Source: Candidatus Fimenecus sp. (lineage in GTDB: Bacteria; Bacillota; Clostridia; Oscillospirales; Acutalibacteraceae). From it: a stretch of 64,000 bases of DNA. The position numbers and the translations under genes are program-made. The DNA is taken from NCBI GenBank assembly GCA_045533355.1, contig JAZSHP010000005.1:1036-65035 (forward strand). Direction: 5' to 3'. This document shows positions 37,198 through 44,534 of this stretch, one piece after another; the stretch's first letter is position 1, and the number at the start of each line of letters is the position of its first letter. A model generated the notes under the pieces. That model searched no databases and was not told the origin of the DNA. It worked only from the letters and a program-made list of their open reading frames with translations.

Positions 37198-38594
37198 TTT
37201 CTCAAATCCATCCTTATCGCAGTATCTTTAGAACCGAGGAATATCAATGTGCCAAGATTAACCCTGACATATCTGTCCCTTATAATTCGTTCACCCGTTT
37301 GCATAAATACACCATTTACTGATATATCCTTGATTACAAAGCTCTTCAAAGCTGAATCAAACTTGATGAGACAATGTCTTCTGCTCACAAATTCAGACAT
37401 ATCAACAACGATATCACATTTCTGGACTGAACGACCAAGGCAATATTCCCTGTCACATTCCAACTCTATCCTCGTGCGACCACGCATATCATTGTGCTTG
37501 CTCTTTTCGATAACAATATAAGGGCTTATCTTCTGCGGTAATTGTTTTACCGGAGACGGTTGTGGCTTTGGAGGTGGTGGAGACAATGGTTTAGGTAGCA
37601 AGGGCGGTTTTGTTTCTGTGTCTATTTTATCCACATCATCCAGCAGTTCAGATATTGATTGATATCTGTCTGCCGCTTCCATACTCAATGCCTTATCAAT
37701 TATTCTGCTCCACTCATTAGAAACCGATGAAGATACGTTTTTCAATGGTTTAAGCTTATCCTCTGTGGCTCTGTCAGGTGCAGCGGGAACTGCAACACCA
37801 CTGACCATCTGATAAAACATACTTGCCAAAGCATATATATCCGTCCAAGGGCCTTGATTGCCGTTGCTGTAATATTGCTCAATAGGAGCAAGTCCCGGTT
37901 TAACGAAAACAGAAAGTGATGAATCTGCTTCCTTTATACTCTGTTTTGCAGAACCGAAATCAATAAGCTTAATTTCTGATTTTTTTGTAATAAAAACATT
38001 TTCCGGGCTTATATCCCTGTGTAAAACGTCCTTGTTATGCAGTCTTTGTAAAGCGGTAGCCACTGCCGTAAACACATGTGTACAGATATCGAACGGAAGC
38101 TTACCGCCCTTAGTGTTCATCACGTGTCTCAATGTTGCGCCATCGAGAAATTCCATAACCAGATACGCTGTGTTATTTGATGCAAAGAAATTTGTAACCT
38201 TTACAATATTTTCTTCGTTCTTGAATTTATTGAGCAACTTTGCTTCATCAAGGAAGCGTCTTTTACCACTGTCAAAGTTCACTTTTTCCTTATCACTTTT
38301 TGCGACAATATTATTGTAATCCTTTTCTCTGTACGCCCATGCAGTCGGGAAATATTCCTTTACTGCACAGATATCATCCGTGAGAAGGTCCTTTGCCTTA
38401 TATGTAACACCAAATCCGCCGGAGCCCAGGACTCTTCCTATAAGATATCTGTCGGCAACAACTGTAATTGGTTTAAGTGCATGGACATTTGAACTTTGCG
38501 TATCTACTTTATAACCGCATTTAGGACACTTTATTGTATCATTGGCAACATCGGCAAAACAATTGGGACATACATCCACTTTTTTTGTTGTCAA
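37194..38594 (-). CDS. Zinc-ribbon / Hanks Ser/Thr kinase / Pro-rich linker / C-terminal FHA (cytoplasmic)
   Basis: It starts with CPNC..CPKC, followed by GSGGFGVTY, CAVKEY, HRDISPEN and DFGSA. A PPLLPKPLSPPPPKPQPSP linker leads to an FHA domain (YCLGRSVQKCDIVV...VSRRHCLI...SVNGVF). The apparent start is TTG, 9 nt after GGGGG. Confidence 0.9.
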   Translation of the reverse strand: MTTKKVDVCPNCFADVANDTIKCPKCGYKVDTQSSNVHALKPITVVADRYLIGRVLGSGGFGVTYKAKDLLTDDICAVKEYFPTAWAYREKDYNNIVAKSDKEKVNFDSGKRRFLDEAKLLNKFKNEENIVKVTNFFASNNTAYLVMEFLDGATLRHVMNTKGGKLPFDICTHVFTAVATALQRLHNKDVLHRDISPENVFITKKSEIKLIDFGSAKQSIKEADSSLSVFVKPGLAPIEQYYSNGNQGPWTDIYALASMFYQMVSGVAVPAAPDRATEDKLKPLKNVSSSVSNEWSRIIDKALSMEAADRYQSISELLDDVDKIDTETKPPLLPKPLSPPPPKPQPSPVKQLPQKISPYIVIEKSKHNDMRGRTRIELECDREYCLGRSVQKCDIVVDMSEFVSRRHCLIKFDSALKSFVIKDISVNGVFMQTGERIIRDRYVRVNLGTLIFLGSKDTAIRMDLRK

Positions 38595-38614
38595 ATTTAT
38601 GCGCCCCCATACTC

Positions 38615-40360
38615 TTAAAATACAATTCTGAACTTAGACAAACCTGCTATAATTTCATCATTGCTTCTCAACTTACGTCTCTTGATAATTTTAACATTGT
38701 TAAGGAGTGTTCCGTTAGCTGAACCAAGGTCATTAATCCAGAATTCACCATTTACATTAACAATTTCAAAATGTACTCGTGACATCTTCATATCATCAAG
38801 ATAAATATCACACTTTTCGGACCTACCCACTACAAGCTTATCAACAATCGTTGTATCAATTAATCTTGCAGTTGCATTTCCGCAGATAATTCTGATTTTT
38901 ATCGGTTTGCCCTGAGGTGCCATAATGTGATGCTTTTCTCTTCTTATTGCAACCTCATGCTGATATTCCACCACATTATTATACATTGGCTGAGGTGGTT
39001 CAGATACAGGCATCTGTGGCTGAGGTTCAACCTCAGAGCTCTTTCTTGTTGCAGCAATTACAATAACCAAAATTGCAATAATTGCTAATACAATAAGAAT
39101 TATCCACCAATATTTCAATAAGAAAACAACCAGGACACTCTTATCACCAAGAGAATATTTTTCATTTCCCACATCAATTGGGTTTTCCTCATTGGCTGAG
39201 TCAGTTACATTGGAAATTTCAATCTGATAGTCATCAGCCTTAGGAAGCTCCATCTTAGGTGTTAAGATTGTGTAATACTCTGTATCAGTAAACACATACT
39301 CTGCTTCTGTGAATGTGATTTTCTGCTTACCGTCACCATACTTGAGTGTGAAATTCTCATAATTATCAGCATGCAGAACATTTTCGGAATAGTAAACATA
39401 TACTTTTCCGTCATCGGATATTTCAATATCCTTAACCCTTGGTGCTTCATCGTCCTTTATCCAACGAGTTGCTTTTACATCAACATTAGCACTTTTATCC
39501 TTAGTTCTTATCATAAGGTTTTTCTTTGAACCGTCAGAACCCTTATTTGACTCAGTGAGCATTGAAACAAGATAAACATTTCTTGTACTGTCAACCAAAC
39601 TATCAAAGGTTTTGCTTACATAAGCTGAACCACTTGCTACAAACACGTCACCGCCTGAGTTTCTTGCAAATGAACCGAGTTCAGAAGCACTGTTGCTTGT
39701 CCCGTTGACACAGAGTGCGTAGATTGGCAATCCGTGACCTGATACAGAATTACGAACTTCCTGACTTGTATTTCCGCCACTGTATTCAACATTTATACCG
39801 TCGGAAACAACAACCGCAAATGAACGTTCGCATTTATCTTCTGTATCGGACTGTGACATATCCACAGCTCTTTTTACTGCATCATAAAGATTTGTCTGAC
39901 CTTCATTGTTTTTCAAGGCCTGAATTTTTTTTGCTCGTGCATCCTTGTTTTCTTCACCGGAAAGGACTGTCTTAATACTTGAACCGAAAGTAATCAATAC
40001 GAGCTTTTCTTTGTCAGTAAGATTATTACTGTAATTCAATAATTTCTTTCTTATTTCAGTGAAGTGAGCACTTGGGATTGAGCTTGAAGTATCCACAAGG
40101 AAATATATTGTAGTCTCATGACTGTTTCTGTTATATTTCTTCAAATCAGTAACTGTAAGAGTTTCTCCGCCCCATTTTGCGAAAATATCACTCTGACTGA
40201 TGGATTCTGTTTCTTCCGACCTGAATTTCAACGTAGCGGTAATGCTTGGCAATACAGGTGAAACCTGTTCAATAATTACACTATCGAGCGCCGATGTGGG
40301 AAATACAAACATCGACATAAGAATAATAACTGAGATGATAAAAGTTATGATTTTTTTCAT
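38615..40360 (-). CDS. Secreted vWA domain / Ig-like region / TM / cytoplasmic FHA protein
   Basis: It has a signal peptide and a vWA domain with MIDAS DTSSS (IYFLVDTSSSIP). After a TM (YWWIILIVLAIIAILVIVIAA) comes a C-terminal FHA domain (LVVGRSEKCDIYLDD..MSRVHFEI...SANGTLLN). The ATG at 40360 overlaps the upstream stop (ATGA). Confidence 0.85.
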   Translation of the reverse strand: MKKIITFIISVIILMSMFVFPTSALDSVIIEQVSPVLPSITATLKFRSEETESISQSDIFAKWGGETLTVTDLKKYNRNSHETTIYFLVDTSSSIPSAHFTEIRKKLLNYSNNLTDKEKLVLITFGSSIKTVLSGEENKDARAKKIQALKNNEGQTNLYDAVKRAVDMSQSDTEDKCERSFAVVVSDGINVEYSGGNTSQEVRNSVSGHGLPIYALCVNGTSNSASELGSFARNSGGDVFVASGSAYVSKTFDSLVDSTRNVYLVSMLTESNKGSDGSKKNLMIRTKDKSANVDVKATRWIKDDEAPRVKDIEISDDGKVYVYYSENVLHADNYENFTLKYGDGKQKITFTEAEYVFTDTEYYTILTPKMELPKADDYQIEISNVTDSANEENPIDVGNEKYSLGDKSVLVVFLLKYWWIILIVLAIIAILVIVIAATRKSSEVEPQPQMPVSEPPQPMYNNVVEYQHEVAIRREKHHIMAPQGKPIKIRIICGNATARLIDTTIVDKLVVGRSEKCDIYLDDMKMSRVHFEIVNVNGEFWINDLGSANGTLLNNVKIIKRRKLRSNDEIIAGLSKFRIVF

Positions 40361-40947
40361 CGTTGCCATTCCCTGCCCTTCTTACAATAAGCAATCATTC
40401 GGAATTTTGAACGACCTATCTCAAAAGTATCTTCACTTTCGATTTTAACCGCATCGTACAAGGTTTTGCCATTGAAAACTGTAGTGCTTGACGGTACAAG
40501 ATAGAATACACACTCTTTTGGTTCAAAAACAATTGAGCAATGATTTTTTCGTGTAATTTCAGGGTCATCATAAATTACAACATCTGAATTGTGCGAACGA
40601 CCGACAAAGTTTCTGCCTGCATAAAGGCAATAGCTTCTGCCATATTCAGGTCCTTCCTCACAAACAAGCCAACCTACCACAGGATTTACTCCGTCTTGTG
40701 AAAATGATAAACCGATTGTCTTTTCGTTTTCTTCAACATTTTCAACATACATATCAGTAAGCTGATTTCCAAGCTCACGGTCACCTGCAATCTGTTCATA
40801 CAGGGTAACCTCACTGTTTATATCGGTTGAGCCAGTACCCATCATATCTTCAAAGAATGTTTTCACCGTTGTTGAATCACAATGTGGGCATTCCGCATAT
40901 GCGTCACTGTCATAGAAATGTCCGTTTTCGCATCTGATTACATTCAT
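40357..40947 (-). CDS. Zinc-ribbon-like / FHA domain protein (paralog of 35464..36102)
   Basis: ATG at 40947 follows GGGAG. It opens MNVIRCENGHFYDSDAYAECPHC, contains VVGWLVCEEG, and has an FHA domain (NFVGRSHNSDVVI...ITRKNHCSIV). Confidence 0.8.
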   Translation of the reverse strand: MNVIRCENGHFYDSDAYAECPHCDSTTVKTFFEDMMGTGSTDINSEVTLYEQIAGDRELGNQLTDMYVENVEENEKTIGLSFSQDGVNPVVGWLVCEEGPEYGRSYCLYAGRNFVGRSHNSDVVIYDDPEITRKNHCSIVFEPKECVFYLVPSSTTVFNGKTLYDAVKIESEDTFEIGRSKFRMIAYCKKGREWQR

Positions 40948-40966
40948 TTTATATCTCCCTTTCCAT

Positions 40967-41698
40967 TCAGACAATTTTTATTGCAATTGCTGAATAGTTA
41001 TCCATTTTTTTGTTTTTACCATTCTTCTCTACTATGGTTTTCATTTTTTCGAGCCAATCTGAGGAGGTTGAGGAAAATATATAGCTTTTCTTCATATCTT
41101 TTTCCAAAAGCAATTCCCAGAAACCATCACTACAGAGTAAAAATCCGTCACCTTTTTTTACAGGTATACCCGGATAATGAATTTCCACTCTCGGTGCTTC
41201 GCCTTCCATTCCCAATGCCCGGAGAAGCTTATTTCTGTCAGGATTTCCCCTTATCTGTTCCGGTGTAATTTCACCCATTACCACCATCATCTGAGGAACA
41301 CTGTGGTCCTTTGTCTGTTCTTTAATTGCAAATCGGCTGAATCTGTACAATCTTGAATCACCCACATGAGCCCAGTAAGCAACATCATTTTCGATTATCA
41401 GAACTACAAGGGTGGTTTTTATTCCTCTTATTGTATGTTCAGATATCTGCATACTCAAAAGCTTGTCGTGAATACCCGAAAAGCAATCTGCAATTACTTT
41501 TTCATTTATAGCTGCACAGGTGCTGAAATAATTCTGTGCAAATGCAACAGCCGTCCTGGAAGCAACATCACCTTCACCATGACCACCAAGACCATCGGCC
41601 AAAATGAAGCACTGACGATTTTCTTTATTCACAAAACCAACGCTGTCCTCGTTGATTTGGTAACTGCCATTAAGTGTTAAATAACTGTAATCAATCAT
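40967..41698 (-). CDS. PP2C-family Ser/Thr phosphatase (soluble)
   Basis: ILADGLGGHGEGDVAS, VGDSRLY, LLCSDGFWE and DNYSAIAI. The likely ATG at 41698 follows GGAGAG; the track start at 41737 has no RBS. Confidence 0.9.
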   Translation of the reverse strand: MIDYSYLTLNGSYQINEDSVGFVNKENRQCFILADGLGGHGEGDVASRTAVAFAQNYFSTCAAINEKVIADCFSGIHDKLLSMQISEHTIRGIKTTLVVLIIENDVAYWAHVGDSRLYRFSRFAIKEQTKDHSVPQMMVVMGEITPEQIRGNPDRNKLLRALGMEGEAPRVEIHYPGIPVKKGDGFLLCSDGFWELLLEKDMKKSYIFSSTSSDWLEKMKTIVEKNGKNKKMDNYSAIAIKIV

Positions 41699-41769
41699 TT
41701 TAAGGTAACTCTCCGTTTTTTTCTTTCTGAAATTCATAATCAGAAAGAGTAAAAGACTGTTGTTTATGG

Positions 41770-42489
41770 TTAAATCGTATCAAATCTGATATATGCCTTG
41801 AATAATTCTCTTACCTGATGATACCTGTTCTTTGCAATAGGCACCTCAAGGCCTGATTCCATAACGATTTTATTATTTGTAAACTGAATTATATGGTCCA
41901 TATTTACAATGAAGCTCTGATGAGGTCGTATGAAATTTTTATAATTACTCAAGGAAGCTTCAATCTCATCAATTTTTTTATAAAAGCTTATCTGCGTACC
42001 CTCCGCCATTACAGTTACCTTTCTTCCGCTACCTGTAAAGGCTTCAACCTTGTTTACATTCACACGCAAATAATTGTTCTGGGACTTAAAATAGAAGAAT
42101 GTATTAATCTTCTCAGACCTTGATATATAACGGTCAATGGTCTTTTGCAATTTCGAGACAGATACCGGTTTTATCAGGTAATCGAAGGCATTATACTTGT
42201 ACCCGTCGAGAACATATTCTCTGTCTCCCGTAAGAAAGATTATGTCACAGTCAAGGTTGTTTTTTCTGATGAATTCTGCAACCTTAAGACCATTGATTTT
42301 CGGCATATTGATATCAAGGAAAATTAAATCAGCAGAGAAGTTGTTGTTGCTGATTGCCTCAACAACCTCCACACCATCCTGATAGGTTGATATATCAAAT
42401 TCAGTTCGGTCAAAAAGAATTGTAATAAGTGCTGACTCAACTTCCTTCATATTGTAGACATTGTCGTCACATAAGGCTATTCTGAACAC
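41770..42489 (-). CDS. LytTR-family response regulator (REC + LytTR DNA-binding domain); no cognate histidine kinase in the window
   Basis: GTG at 42489 lies 8 nt after GAGGAG and gives MFRIALCDDN. The acceptor context is LIFLDINMP. The C-terminal LytTR domain contains IRPHQSFIVN. Confidence 0.85.
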   Translation of the reverse strand: MFRIALCDDNVYNMKEVESALITILFDRTEFDISTYQDGVEVVEAISNNNFSADLIFLDINMPKINGLKVAEFIRKNNLDCDIIFLTGDREYVLDGYKYNAFDYLIKPVSVSKLQKTIDRYISRSEKINTFFYFKSQNNYLRVNVNKVEAFTGSGRKVTVMAEGTQISFYKKIDEIEASLSNYKNFIRPHQSFIVNMDHIIQFTNNKIVMESGLEVPIAKNRYHQVRELFKAYIRFDTI

Positions 42490-42630
42490 CCGGATTTCTC
42501 CTCTTTTCAAAGTAATCTCAAGTTATTTACACGACATTTTTCTCTTGTATATACAATAGCATTGTTTGGAAAAAATATCTAGAAATGTAATAAAAGGGAT
42601 AAAAGTTGTAACATTTAGGCTCGAGTCCTA

Positions 42631-44499
42631 TTATCTTCTGTCCTTCTTAACTCTTGTAAGTATTAAACCACTTGCAATTGCACACACAACAACAAAGGCA
42701 ATAAGAATGAGCCAGATGCCCACAAGGTTACCCGGTGTTGAAACAAACAAGTCTTTTATTCTTGTCATTTCGTCACCCATTTGTAATGCAATTTCCGGGT
42801 TTTTAAGCATAAGTGCCATACGGCTTTCGTTAAGTTTATATGTTGCTGCAAGAGCACCTATTCCCCATTTACTAATCATAATACCTGCAAATTTGTCCAT
42901 TGCATCACCCAGGTCAAAAAGAACACCTGAGAAAACAATCTGAACAATAAGAATAATAGGAATAAATGTGTTTGCTGTAGAGCTGTTTTTAACAACTGAA
43001 GAAATCAACAATGCAATCGCATCGGAAGCAAATGTAACAAGGAACATTGTAATATAAACTTCAAGTGCTGAGCTTGGAAGTATCACACCTGTTGTAGGAT
43101 AAACCTTATCCCGAACAGATATTGAGAAAATCAGCATAACCACAAGCATCTGAACAGCACATACCATACCCTGAACAACAAGCTTTGAGATAATATATGA
43201 GCTGAGTCTCAGATTGGTCATATATTCTCGTTTAAGGATATTTCTTTCCTTACAAATTTCCTGAACGGAATTACAGATACCAACGAAAATAGCAACACAA
43301 ACCAACATAAACAAGCCTGTCTGAGTACCTGAGAAGTCGGCAAGCTCGCCGTCATTTTTGAATCCGCCATTAGGCTCTTCCTCATCAACTTCTTTTTCAA
43401 GCTTACGGATAAGTGAAGCATTTTCCTGAAGCTTTTTAGTTTTCCAGCCTTCTACACCCTGATTGGCAACGTCAAAGCCCTTACCGTCATCAGTACCGAT
43501 AGCTGAAAACTCTGATAATATTTCTTTATCGTAAACACATTTGAATGTAGTATCGGTAATTTCATCGTCATCAACCATACCGATAATGTTACCAAAATAT
43601 TCATTATCACTATTTTTTGATTCAATAGTACCTGCAAAATATGTATACTGCACGGAGCCCTTAATAACACTACCAACAATACCGCCGACGCATCTTCCGT
43701 CCACCTTGATATCGGCACGGCTGTAGCAATTTCTTACTGTTGCCTCATCGTCACCGTCGAGGTTTCCGACAATACCACCTACATAATCACTTTTTACATC
43801 AATCTTACTATCTACAGAATAACAGTTTTCAACAAGGCCTTTTTCCAAGAAACCTACCACAAGACCCACGCACTCACTGTTTCCTTTATCAACTATTTTT
43901 GCGTTTTCGATACCAATATTGTTAATTTCAGCATCCTTACCTGAAACTCTGCCAAAGAAGCCTACACAATCTTCACCTGTTTCAAGAACAAAGTTACTGA
44001 TAATATGACCATTACCTTCAAATTTACCTGTAAACGGTTCACTACTTGTACCCAATGGCTTAATTGTATGTCCGTTCATATCAACATCGCAGTTGAGATA
44101 ATAGGTCTTTTTCAACCATTCACCCTTTGCATTTGCAATAAACTGAAGGTCTGCCGGTGAGTTGATTGAATACTCATTTCCGTCACTATCCATAGGAATA
44201 AGCTGTGGCTGTTGCGGTAAATTACCATCCCACTCTTTTACATTATCCTTTTTGTCTTCATCAGATTCCTCAATATCTTCATATTCAACATATTCCCATG
44301 AAAGTATAGGATATCCGTCGTTTATCTGATTATCAACTTCTCCGCAAAACATATCACCTGATGCAACAAGTGTAACAACAATAATAGTCAACACAGGGAT
44401 AGCAATTGTAAGAGCTAAATTTTGTTTATCATTAAAGAACAATTTCAAATATCTTGAAATCAAGACATTTGCTTGTCTTATAAATCCTGCTTTTTTCAA
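42631..44499 (-). CDS. ABC-2-type transporter permease with a roughly 340-aa GLUG-repeat (beta-helix-like) ectodomain inserted after TM1
   Basis: TM1 is followed by repeated ..VG(G/L/F)(I/V/F)(V/G)G.. units (CVGFFGRVSG, CVGLVVGFLEKG, YVGGIVGNLDG, CVGGIVGSVIKG). Five C-terminal TM helices are typical of ABC2_membrane. The likely TTG start at 44499 follows GAGG. Confidence 0.8.
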   Translation of the reverse strand: MKKAGFIRQANVLISRYLKLFFNDKQNLALTIAIPVLTIIVVTLVASGDMFCGEVDNQINDGYPILSWEYVEYEDIEESDEDKKDNVKEWDGNLPQQPQLIPMDSDGNEYSINSPADLQFIANAKGEWLKKTYYLNCDVDMNGHTIKPLGTSSEPFTGKFEGNGHIISNFVLETGEDCVGFFGRVSGKDAEINNIGIENAKIVDKGNSECVGLVVGFLEKGLVENCYSVDSKIDVKSDYVGGIVGNLDGDDEATVRNCYSRADIKVDGRCVGGIVGSVIKGSVQYTYFAGTIESKNSDNEYFGNIIGMVDDDEITDTTFKCVYDKEILSEFSAIGTDDGKGFDVANQGVEGWKTKKLQENASLIRKLEKEVDEEEPNGGFKNDGELADFSGTQTGLFMLVCVAIFVGICNSVQEICKERNILKREYMTNLRLSSYIISKLVVQGMVCAVQMLVVMLIFSISVRDKVYPTTGVILPSSALEVYITMFLVTFASDAIALLISSVVKNSSTANTFIPIILIVQIVFSGVLFDLGDAMDKFAGIMISKWGIGALAATYKLNESRMALMLKNPEIALQMGDEMTRIKDLFVSTPGNLVGIWLILIAFVVVCAIASGLILTRVKKDRR

Positions 44500-44534
44500 A
44501 ACACACACCTCATTATAACGATTATCTTTTAAAA

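Noticed and set aside
20060-44508. Long N-terminal extensions in the ORF track, for example at 10294, 11620, 14203, 15518, 20059, 22317, 22774, 24435, 31475, 32172, 40369, 40974, 41737, 42510, 44508, 47081, 51786, 54112, 59216 and 63476
   Set aside because: Most begin at TTG/GTG codons lying inside or upstream of a clear Shine-Dalgarno for a downstream start, or they create improbable overlaps. I used the downstream start with RBS support instead, but these starts remain predictions.
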